A DNA stretch of 61,750 nucleotides, counting the filler. It is 4 parts of 4 records of this genome, joined end to end, with 100 filler letters (N's around TTAATTAATTAA, not from the genome) between each part and the next. Parts side by side here need not be neighbours in the genome. Positions count along the whole stretch, not along the records: positions 44,408 to 61,750 come from SRR2962707_4270; 3 more parts are not named here. One strand, given 5' to 3'. A program made the translations under genes and the position numbers. The number at the start of each line of letters is the position of its first letter. Position 1 is the first letter of the stretch. Below are positions 51,355 to 59,314 of the stretch, one piece after another. The notes under the pieces are model-generated. The model did not search any database and was not told where the DNA came from. It saw nothing but the letters and a program-made list of their open reading frames with translations.

Positions 51355-51843
51355 TTAAGAACAGTCTTCCGCGATAATCGGCAGACGTTCGCTGCGCCAG
51401 GTTCGGGCAGACAGGTGTTCCGGGCCGGCTGCTTGTTCGAGCAGCCCCAGTTGTGCGGCTAGTTGGCTAAGGCCGATGCGCAATACCAGCTTGGCGCTGC
51501 GTCGTGGCCAGCGGCGCTCGGTTTCGACGGCCTGCAGGCCCTTGCCCAACCCGCACACATCAAACAAGACGCCCCAGCAATCGGGCGGCAGTTGCGCGGC
51601 CAGACGGTTCAGGCGCTGTCGCGCGTGACTGGCGCTATCGGCAATATCCCCGGCGGTTCCACCCGACTTGCTGCCCACCCGGGCCGGGTCATAGGACATG
51701 GTCAGTCTTGGCGCGAGCTGGGCGCGCCGGATCAAACGCTCAAGGCGCTGCGCTGCCTGCACGTGGTGTGGCCCCAAAAAAGCCTGCCCATCATTGTCGC
51801 GACTGGCGGCCAGTCGATCCACTGCGGTCTGATCAGTGGGCAT
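51355..51843 (-). CDS. DUF6456-family protein (GafZ / GafA C-terminal-like)
   Basis: AAQRL...AQLAPRLTMSYD...DVCGLGKGLQAVETERRWPRRSAKLVLRIGL; start ATG 51843 overlapping upstream gene. Confidence 0.8.
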   Translation of the reverse strand: MPTDQTAVDRLAASRDNDGQAFLGPHHVQAAQRLERLIRRAQLAPRLTMSYDPARVGSKSGGTAGDIADSASHARQRLNRLAAQLPPDCWGVLFDVCGLGKGLQAVETERRWPRRSAKLVLRIGLSQLAAQLGLLEQAAGPEHLSARTWRSERLPIIAEDCS

Positions 51844-52207
51844 GAGGGATCGCCGCGTCCAGCTGTGCCTCGAGCTGGCGCTCAAGCCCGCTCACGTCCT
51901 CGTCGAAGCCTGGGTCGTCACGCAGATCTTCAATGACCGCACAGGCATACGAAACGGTGGTCCGATCGCGGCCAAACGCATCGCCGATTTCACGCAAGGT
52001 GCACCCCAGAATGACGTGGGAGAGATACATGGCCAATTGCCGGGCCCTGGCCGTTCCCATGCGGCAGCGCGAACGGTGGGTCAGCAGGCGAACAGGTATG
52101 CGTTTTTCGCGCGCAATCAACGCAATAGCCGCGTCGCATGCGCCGGTGTTGATTGACGGCGCGGACAGGGCTGGAATGGCTTGGGCAGGTAGAAAGGGCT
52201 GAAACAT
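51833..52207 (-). CDS. DnaA-domain-IV-like HTH protein (GafY / GafA N-terminal-like)
   Basis: ARARQLAMYL.H...TLREIGDAFGRDRTTVSYAC..IEDLRDD: DnaA C-terminal HTH without an AAA+ domain. Confidence 0.8.
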   Translation of the reverse strand: MFQPFLPAQAIPALSAPSINTGACDAAIALIAREKRIPVRLLTHRSRCRMGTARARQLAMYLSHVILGCTLREIGDAFGRDRTTVSYACAVIEDLRDDPGFDEDVSGLERQLEAQLDAAIPHAH

Positions 52208-52228
52208 CGGCTGGCCTCGTCAATATTC

Positions 52229-52242
52229 AGGAATTTATTCCT
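52229..52242. promoter_or_regulatory. Palindromic operator upstream of gafY-like gene (RogA-type)
   Basis: AGGAA-TTTA-TTCCT, 21 nt upstream of ATG 52207. Confidence 0.6.
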
Positions 52243-52309
52243 AGATACTGACATTTGGCAAGCAGGGCGGGGATAAGTCGCACAACAGCGCGCGACCATG
52301 TCCCACAAA

Positions 52310-52343
52310 TTCAAACGGCCGCCCCGTGGGGCGACCGTTTGAA
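52310..52343 (-). terminator. Hairpin downstream of mucR
   Basis: TTCAAACGGCCGCCCC / GGGGCGACCGTTTGAA inverted repeat, one mismatch. Confidence 0.6.
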
Positions 52344-52428
52344 GCGTCGTTCTCGCCGGGGCCCGACCGCAGCTTGGGATGCGGATAATTGAGCGCGACG
52401 TCTCTTTGCGTGAGTGGCGAAATTCGCC

Positions 52429-52851
52429 TTAGGCAGCCTTGCGGCCCAGACCGTTGTCCTTGGCCAGCTTGGATCGGGTTGCCGAGTAGCTGGGGGCAAC
52501 CATTGGGTAGTCAGCTGGCAGGCCCCACTTCTCGCGGTATTCTTCGGGCGAGAGATTATAGTGGGTACGAAGATGGCGCTTCAGCGATTTGAACTTCTTG
52601 CCGTCTTCGAGACAGATAATGTAGTCAGCCGCAACAGATTTGCGCACGGGTACAGCTGGCTTGAGCTCTTCGACAGGAAGCGGGGCTTCATTTGTCGAGA
52701 GTGTGCGCAGCGCGCCATGAACTTCCGCGATCAGCTTGGGCAGATCACTTGGGCTCAAAGCATTGTGGCTCACATAGGCAGAGACGATCTCGGTGCTGAG
52801 CTCGATCAAGTCTTGCTCGTAACCGGGCGTCGCGCCGGTGGTGTCACTCAT
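52429..52851 (-). CDS. mucR: MucR/Ros-family transcriptional regulator
   Basis: EIVSAYVSHN, PAVPVRKSV, ICLEDGKKFKSLKRHL, DYPMVAPSYS. Confidence 0.96.
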   Translation of the reverse strand: MSDTTGATPGYEQDLIELSTEIVSAYVSHNALSPSDLPKLIAEVHGALRTLSTNEAPLPVEELKPAVPVRKSVAADYIICLEDGKKFKSLKRHLRTHYNLSPEEYREKWGLPADYPMVAPSYSATRSKLAKDNGLGRKAA

Positions 52852-52976
52852 ATTTCAACCTTCCGATTTTTTATTGGGCCGTGAATTCACACTCACAGCC
52901 ACCTTAGACTACTAGGGCTGTTTATTGGCCACTGCAACCCGATTTACCGTCGTTAACATGTAACGACCTGCGAATG

Positions 52977-53330
52977 TTATGCAGGAGGATTCTGGCTACT
53001 TTCAGACGGAAACTCGTCTACCACCATGATTTCTGCGCGATGCTCATCGCCCCGATGATAGACACGCGCCAGAAGGTGCGCGGCAACCGGGGTGGTCAGC
53101 AGCAGAAAACCAGTGCCCAATATGGCGCGCAGGGCCACGGCGCCATCAAAGCTTATCAGGGCAACAGCAAGCAGGATCATGCCGCCGCCAACGGCGCCGG
53201 CCTTTGATGCGGCGTGCATGCGCGTGTACAGATCGGGCAGTCGCAAGACACCAACAGCGCCCAGCAAAGCAAATGCCGCGCCCACCAGCAAGAACGCGCA
53301 ACCCAGATAGGTGGCCAGATTGGCGATCAT
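52977..53330 (-). CDS. mrpG: Mrp Na+/H+ antiporter subunit G
   Basis: RLPDLYTRMHAASK, TTPVAAH. Confidence 0.93.
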   Translation of the reverse strand: MIANLATYLGCAFLLVGAAFALLGAVGVLRLPDLYTRMHAASKAGAVGGGMILLAVALISFDGAVALRAILGTGFLLLTTPVAAHLLARVYHRGDEHRAEIMVVDEFPSESSQNPPA

Positions 53331-53623
53331 GAGCGGGTCTCCTGATCGCGTAATCTTGATAGCATGTAGCGGGCGAAAGCGACCGTCGCCAGGAAGCCGA
53401 GCAGCGCCAGGCTGATCGCGATATCGAGATAAAGGGTCAGGCCGGTACGGATGGCGATAGCGCCAACGAAGCCCATGGCCACCACGGTCAACAGATCAAG
53501 CGCCAGAACGCGATCTGCCAGCGTCGGGCCGATGACGACGCGGATCACCGCAATCCCCATGGCGATGGTGAGCATGATCAAGGCAATCATGGTGCTCAGC
53601 GAGACGATTTCGGCTGTGCTCAT
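53327..53623 (-). CDS. mrpF: Mrp antiporter subunit F
   Basis: GPTLADRVLALD, LLGFLATVAFAR. Confidence 0.93.
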   Translation of the reverse strand: MSTAEIVSLSTMIALIMLTIAMGIAVIRVVIGPTLADRVLALDLLTVVAMGFVGAIAIRTGLTLYLDIAISLALLGFLATVAFARYMLSRLRDQETRS

Positions 53624-54099
53624 ATGAACACCTCCTTAATCTTGGTTTCAAAGCCACGGGCGATCTCGGCGATCAGGACATCGCGATCGCTGAGATGAAG
53701 GACGTGAACATAGAGCACGCTGCGATCCTCAGCGACATCGACACTCAGTGTACCCGGGGTCAACGTAATCATATTGGCCAGCAAGGTAATTTCAGCATCG
53801 GACTTTACCGATAGCGGAAATGCGATGATAGCCGGGCGCAGCGCCGACTTGATATCGGGTGTGAGCACGATGATGGCAACCCGCACCGCACTGACCATGA
53901 GCTCCCAGAGAAACAGCAGGGCCAGCGAGATGACCCGTTTCAGGCGCAGCAAGACGCGCGGTGACGCGAACCAGTTGCGCAGCATCAGGGCGGTCAAGGC
54001 ACCGATACCCGCGCCCAGCAGCAGATTGAGTGCGGTAAAATTGCCGGTGATGGCAGCCCAAACCAAGGCAAGGCTGACGATCATCATTGCCAGGTTCAT
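53620..54099 (-). CDS. mrpE: Mrp antiporter subunit E
   Basis: LLANMITLTPGTLSVD, LYVH. Confidence 0.93.
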   Translation of the reverse strand: MNLAMMIVSLALVWAAITGNFTALNLLLGAGIGALTALMLRNWFASPRVLLRLKRVISLALLFLWELMVSAVRVAIIVLTPDIKSALRPAIIAFPLSVKSDAEITLLANMITLTPGTLSVDVAEDRSVLYVHVLHLSDRDVLIAEIARGFETKIKEVFI

Positions 54100-55649
54100 G
54101 GTGTGATCTCCGCAAGACCGAAGGCATCACTATAGCGTGCCGGGTCTACCATATCGGCAGCACCAATACCCACAGCCTCAAACATCGGGTTTGGCCACAG
54201 CCCTGCGGCAATGATCAGCACGGCCAGCGCCCCGGTGGCGAGGTAGTGCAGACGGTTCGGCGCCTCGGTGGTTGGTGCCTCGGGCGTAAAGTCCGCGCGC
54301 CAGAACATATGAGCCCAAAGGCGCGAGCCAGCGATGATCGTCAGCACGGCATTGACCAGCAGGGCCAGCACCAGAATGCCGCCCACGACGCTGCCCTCGG
54401 CAAGGCCAGCCTGGATCAGCACCAGTTTGGGCCAGAAGCCGAGCAGCGGCGGCACGCCAGCGGCTGCCAATACCAGAACAAGGAACAGCACCGAGAGCGG
54501 CGCGCTGGTGGCGTATAGCCCGCCCATCCGCCTGGTATCCGATTCTCCGGTCTGCTTTTCGATCAGCCCGGCGACCAGATAGAGCGCTGTCATGGTGAGC
54601 ATGGCGTGGAAGATATAGAGCCCTGCCCCGCTCACGCCGGCCAGCGATGGCATGGCGATACCAGCCAGAACAGCGCCAATGCCGCCGATGACAATGAAGC
54701 CAATCGATCTGCGCAGATTGGTTTCAGCAATCGCGCCGAGCGGCGCCACCAGCAGCGTCGCGACAGCAATGACCACCAGTACCGGCTCAAGCACGGCGTG
54801 GGTGCTGGGTAACAGCACCACCAGCGTGCGCAGCAAGGCATAGATGCCAACCTTGGTCAGCAGGCCGGCCATAAGGGCCGACACTGCTGCTGGTGGCGCG
54901 TGATAGGAGGCAGGCAACCACGTATTGACCGGGAAGGCTGCCGCTTTCATGCCAAAGGCAAGTAGCATCAGCGCGGCAACGCCGACCATTGCAGCGGGGT
55001 TGGCGAACGGCGCCACGCGCATGATGTCCGCCATGTTGAGCGTGCCCAACAGGCCGTACAGCAGTCCCAGTGACAGCAGGAAAATAGTTGTGGCCAGGAA
55101 GTTGAGGAAGCCGTATTTGACCGCGCCATCGAGCTGGATCGGACGACCGCCAATCACGAGCAGACCGAACGAGGAGATCAGCATCACCTCGAACCAGACA
55201 TAGAGGTTGAACAGGTCGCCGGTCAGGAACGAGCCGGTCACACCGGCCAGCAGCAGCAGCACCAGGGCGTAAAAACCATCGCCGGCCGAACCCGGGGGCC
55301 GATCCGCCTCGGCGTAGATCAGGACGATCAGCGTGACCACGGCCGCGGCGAGGGCAAAGCTGGCGCCGAACACGTCAGCGGTAAAGCTGATGCCGAAGGG
55401 CGGCAGCCACTTGCCCATGGTCATGCTGAGGGGGCCGAACTCGACCACACGTAATAACAGGCTGACTTCACAAGCAATGATGCCCACTGTGATGGCCAGC
55501 GCCAGAACAAAACCGGGACCGGCGGACCGGCGCAGGATCAACAGCAGGGCAGCGCCCATCAGGGCCAGCGCCATAGGCAAAACGATCACCCAGTCAGCGG
55601 TCTGGGTAACGGTCTCGATCATCGCTGACGGCACGTTTTCTGCGGCCAT
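54096..55649 (-). CDS. mrpD: Mrp antiporter subunit D
   Basis: TGDLFNLYVWFE, KAAAFP...WLPASY, LLTKVG, GVPP..GFWPK. Confidence 0.93.
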   Translation of the reverse strand: MAAENVPSAMIETVTQTADWVIVLPMALALMGAALLLILRRSAGPGFVLALAITVGIIACEVSLLLRVVEFGPLSMTMGKWLPPFGISFTADVFGASFALAAAVVTLIVLIYAEADRPPGSAGDGFYALVLLLLAGVTGSFLTGDLFNLYVWFEVMLISSFGLLVIGGRPIQLDGAVKYGFLNFLATTIFLLSLGLLYGLLGTLNMADIMRVAPFANPAAMVGVAALMLLAFGMKAAAFPVNTWLPASYHAPPAAVSALMAGLLTKVGIYALLRTLVVLLPSTHAVLEPVLVVIAVATLLVAPLGAIAETNLRRSIGFIVIGGIGAVLAGIAMPSLAGVSGAGLYIFHAMLTMTALYLVAGLIEKQTGESDTRRMGGLYATSAPLSVLFLVLVLAAAGVPPLLGFWPKLVLIQAGLAEGSVVGGILVLALLVNAVLTIIAGSRLWAHMFWRADFTPEAPTTEAPNRLHYLATGALAVLIIAAGLWPNPMFEAVGIGAADMVDPARYSDAFGLAEITP

Positions 55650-55650
55650 C

Positions 55651-56028
55651 TCAGTAACTCAATGGAGGGTTGGGCGTGTTCTCGGGTTCGGTCACACGCA
55701 TGGTGTCAGTATTGTCAGCATCGAGTGCCTGATAGGCGCGATAAGCCAGCACCAGCAGGAAGCTGAACATGGCGAAGCCGATAACGATAGCTGTCAGGAT
55801 AAGCGCCTGAGGCAAGGGGTTGGCGATGGGGCCAGCTGGATGCTCCATTCCCTTGGGGACAATCGGGGCAATTTCCAGTGTCAGGCGGCCGGCAGTGAAA
55901 ATCAGCAGGTTCACGCCATTGCCCAGCACCACCACGCCCAGGAGCATGCGGATCAGCGAGCGCGAGAGCAGCATATAGACGCCCAGCGCCACGAAACACC
56001 CGACGAGAGCGGCGATTACAAAATCCAT
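55651..56028 (-). CDS. mrpC: Mrp antiporter subunit C
   Basis: GNGVNLLIF, NPLPQALILTAIVI. Confidence 0.95.
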   Translation of the reverse strand: MDFVIAALVGCFVALGVYMLLSRSLIRMLLGVVVLGNGVNLLIFTAGRLTLEIAPIVPKGMEHPAGPIANPLPQALILTAIVIGFAMFSFLLVLAYRAYQALDADNTDTMRVTEPENTPNPPLSY

Positions 56029-56453
56029 CAGAGCTCCTCCCCGTCTTCGCTCTCAAGCGCCAGTGCCACGGAAGCCAGGGTGCCAAAGACCACCAGATAG
56101 ACGCCGATATCAAAGATCAGCGGGGTCGAGAACGGTACCACGGAGCCACCAATATCAAGATAGAGCCAGATGCTGGTCATGAACGGGTTGCCGTTGAAGA
56201 TGGACAACATGCCCGACAGCCCGGCGATCAGCACGCCGAAACCGGCAATGCTGAGGGGATCAAAGCGCATGGCACGCCGTGCGTCGGCTGCACTCGACGC
56301 CATGCCGAGAACCGCAATCGCGGAGGCCGCGATCAGCCCGCCAATAAAGCCGCCGCCTGGTTCGTTATGGCCGCGCAGGCAGACATAGACCGAGAACACC
56401 AGCATGGTGGAAACGATCATGGGGGCGATGGTGCGGAAGATGACCGTGTTCAT
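56028..56453 (-). CDS. mrpB: Mrp antiporter subunit B
   Basis: RGHNEPGGGFIGGL, FDIGVYLVV. Confidence 0.93.
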   Translation of the reverse strand: MNTVIFRTIAPMIVSTMLVFSVYVCLRGHNEPGGGFIGGLIAASAIAVLGMASSAADARRAMRFDPLSIAGFGVLIAGLSGMLSIFNGNPFMTSIWLYLDIGGSVVPFSTPLIFDIGVYLVVFGTLASVALALESEDGEEL

Positions 56454-59083
56454 GACTCAGCCCTCTTGCGGCGCGTGGTCGGTGTCTTGGTCGGCGCAGC
56501 TGGCGCTTTGGCGGGGGCTGCCGGGGTCGTCGCTGCAGCGGTCTTGGCCGCGTCCGTTTTTGTGGCGCGCGTTCTGGTCGAAGCTGGCTTGGCCGCCGCG
56601 GCCTTTGACTTGGTCGTGGCTTTTGCCGTGGTTGTAGCCCGCGGGGTTGCAGCCGCTTTGGCGCGCGTGCTCTTGGGCTTGATCTTGGGCACGACAGGAT
56701 TGGGCGGCAGTGGCGCAGCAACGGGGACCGGCTTTTTACGACTGCGCAGCAACACCATGATGGAGATGCCGGCGGCCATCAGTACCGAGATTTCGCCCAG
56801 CGTATCAAAGCCACGGTAATCGACCAGAATGACGTTGACGATATTGGCACCATGCGCGATCGGGACGCTGGTTGCGATGAAGAAGTCGGACAGCCGCGTG
56901 TCGAGCGTTCCCGAGAGCACCACCATGAGCAGCAGGCTGACGCCAACGCCGCAGACGACGGCCAATGTGCCATCACGCGCCAGATCCTCGAACGGCCGGT
57001 GATCGCGTTCATCGAGATTGAGCCGGGTCATCACCAGCGCAAGGATCACCACCGAGAGGATTTCAACCATGAGCTGGGTGAAGGCCAGGTCGGGCGCACC
57101 AAACAGCAGGAAGATCAGCGCGACGGCTGTGCCCTGCACGCCCAGCGCGAGAATGGAATAGAGCCGGTTGGGCGCAGCAACGATGGCGCCCAGGCCCAGC
57201 AGGGCCAGACCGACCACACCCCATTCATAAGGCGACAGATTGGGCCAACTCAGCTTGGTACCCCAACTACCCAGCTCGGCGGTCGGCAACAGCGCGTTGA
57301 CGGCGCCAAGACCAAACAGCGGCACCATGAGGGCCAGCGCCAGCATGGCGAACACCGTGACCAGATAAAGCTCGAGGCGACCATGATGCAGCAGGCGCGT
57401 TACCGCACCGGCAAAGCGGATCAGTCCGAACATGACGATGTCGAACACCGTATCGGCTGTCCAGCCCAGCGCGGCATCAAAGCGGCGCAGCAGGGTGCGG
57501 ATGGTAGCCGCATTGCGATAGGCCAGCACTGCCAGGACCCAAGTGGCAACCGAGAGCCAGACCACTGGCTTGGTCAGGTCGATGTTCCAGGTCAGATGGC
57601 TTTTGACTGGCTCGTGCAGAATGGCGGTTGCGGCCGGCTCCAGAACCGTATGGCCGAACCAGTCCAGCAACAGGGCAAAGGCAATGCCGGTTACCCCGAG
57701 AATGACCGGCCCGGCAAGCAGGCCGAGCGGAGCTTCATGCGCAGATTTGGGCGTCGGCATGGCGGGGCCGAGAAACGGCTTGATCGCAACCAGTGCGCCG
57801 ACAGCGGCCAGCAACGCATTGCCAGCGATCAGTACGGCCAGCACAGCCAGATCCTGCCACTGGGGCGAGAGCAGGTAGAGATACATCTCTTCCTTGGCAA
57901 AGAAGGCGATGGTGGGTGGCAGGCCGAACATGGACAGCCCGGCCAGCATGGCCGCCACGAAGGTGATGGGCATCTTGCCCGAGAGCCCACCCAGCGCGGT
58001 GATATCGCGGGTGCCGGCCTCGTGGTCGATCGCACCGACCACCATGAACAGGCCAGCCTTGTACAGAGCGTGGGCGACAAAATAGATCACCATGCCGGCA
58101 ATGGCAGTCTCGGTGCCCAGACCGATCAGCAGCACCAGAAGGCCCAGCGAGGCAATGGTTGATTGCGCCAGCATCTGCTTGAGATCGGTCTGCTTGAGCG
58201 AACCAAGCGCGCCCCACAGCAGGGTCACACCACCAAAGCACACCAGAATGGTGGTCCAGGCGGTCGTGTGTCCGAGCCAGGGCGTGGTGCGCGCCAGCAG
58301 ATAGACACCGGCCTGCACCATGGTTGCCGAGTGCAGGAACGCCGACACCGGGGTCGGCGCCTCCATGGCATTGGGTAGCCAGAAGTGCAGCGGAAACTGC
58401 GCCGACTTGGTGAAGGCGGCGATCAGGAAGAAGGCCAGCACCAGACCATAGAGCGAATGCCCCTGCAGCCCGCTTTCGAGCCCGCGCAGTTCGCTGAGCT
58501 CCCAGGTGCCAGTCAGCTGCTGCACCAGAATAACGCCCGCCAGCAGGGCCATGCCGCCAATATTGGTGATGACCAGTGCCTGGATGGCGCCGCGACGGGC
58601 CGCCGCTCGCACCGCGTCAAAGCCGATCAGCAGGAAGGAGGTGACTGCCGTCAGTTCCCAGAACACGAAAAGACCGAGCATGTTGTCGGCCAGAACCAGG
58701 CCAAGCATGGCGCCCATGAAGGCCATCAGAAAGGCGAGAAACCGCCCCAGATGCTGATGTCCCTGCAGGTAGGCACCCGAATAGATGATGATCAGCGCGC
58801 CGATTCCCGAAATCGTCAGCGCAAACGTCAGACTCAACCCGTCGACAAAGAACGACAGGTCCAGTCCATAGGCGGGGACCCAGCCAATGCGCGCAGAGAT
58901 CGAACCGGTGGCGAGGACAGGCTCGATCAGGCTCAGCAAAAAGACAAATATGGCACCGGGAACAAGCGCTAAAATCCAACCCGACAGGGGTTTAGTGAAG
59001 CGATGCAGCAGTGGCGCCAGCGCAGCCGCAACAAATGGCGCAATCGCCACCAGTGCAATGCTCGCGTCAATGTTTGGCCCCAA
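56450..59083 (-). CDS. mrpA: Mrp antiporter subunit A with a ~98-aa basic low-complexity C-terminal extension
   Basis: FWELT, KSAQFPLHFWLPNAMEAPTPVSAFLHSATMV, APDLAFTQ, NIVNVILVDYRGFDTLGE; then a K/R/A/T/P-rich tail. Confidence 0.93.
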   Translation of the reverse strand: MGPNIDASIALVAIAPFVAAALAPLLHRFTKPLSGWILALVPGAIFVFLLSLIEPVLATGSISARIGWVPAYGLDLSFFVDGLSLTFALTISGIGALIIIYSGAYLQGHQHLGRFLAFLMAFMGAMLGLVLADNMLGLFVFWELTAVTSFLLIGFDAVRAAARRGAIQALVITNIGGMALLAGVILVQQLTGTWELSELRGLESGLQGHSLYGLVLAFFLIAAFTKSAQFPLHFWLPNAMEAPTPVSAFLHSATMVQAGVYLLARTTPWLGHTTAWTTILVCFGGVTLLWGALGSLKQTDLKQMLAQSTIASLGLLVLLIGLGTETAIAGMVIYFVAHALYKAGLFMVVGAIDHEAGTRDITALGGLSGKMPITFVAAMLAGLSMFGLPPTIAFFAKEEMYLYLLSPQWQDLAVLAVLIAGNALLAAVGALVAIKPFLGPAMPTPKSAHEAPLGLLAGPVILGVTGIAFALLLDWFGHTVLEPAATAILHEPVKSHLTWNIDLTKPVVWLSVATWVLAVLAYRNAATIRTLLRRFDAALGWTADTVFDIVMFGLIRFAGAVTRLLHHGRLELYLVTVFAMLALALMVPLFGLGAVNALLPTAELGSWGTKLSWPNLSPYEWGVVGLALLGLGAIVAAPNRLYSILALGVQGTAVALIFLLFGAPDLAFTQLMVEILSVVILALVMTRLNLDERDHRPFEDLARDGTLAVVCGVGVSLLLMVVLSGTLDTRLSDFFIATSVPIAHGANIVNVILVDYRGFDTLGEISVLMAAGISIMVLLRSRKKPVPVAAPLPPNPVVPKIKPKSTRAKAAATPRATTTAKATTKSKAAAAKPASTRTRATKTDAAKTAAATTPAAPAKAPAAPTKTPTTRRKRAES

Positions 59084-59314
59084 CTGAGAAACTCCATAGT
59101 CTATCGGGCCTTGCGGCCGCTTTGTTGTGTGGTGACCTTAACCATTGAGCCGGGGGCGACAAGCCTAATCCGTTCGTCTGCGACGAAGTGTCGGCATCAG
59201 TTGGGGAAATCGCAGTGCTGGCAATCAGGCCAGCGCCGCCCTATGTCTGAAGGCCACACCCAAAGCGCCAGAGCCAATTGCGGTTCTGCCACCGCCTCCA
59301 AGTCCGGACCTGCC

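Noticed and set aside
51833..52207. dnaA and a nearby replication origin
   Set aside because: Only a 124-aa domain-IV-like HTH with no AAA+ domain, and no DnaA-box cluster seen
59003..59314. 104-aa N-terminal extension of PtrB in the ORF track (similar extensions on pcaJ, ureF, ectR and the M24 gene)
   Set aside because: Artefacts of longest-ORF calling; family homology and RBS or stop-start overlaps point to downstream starts
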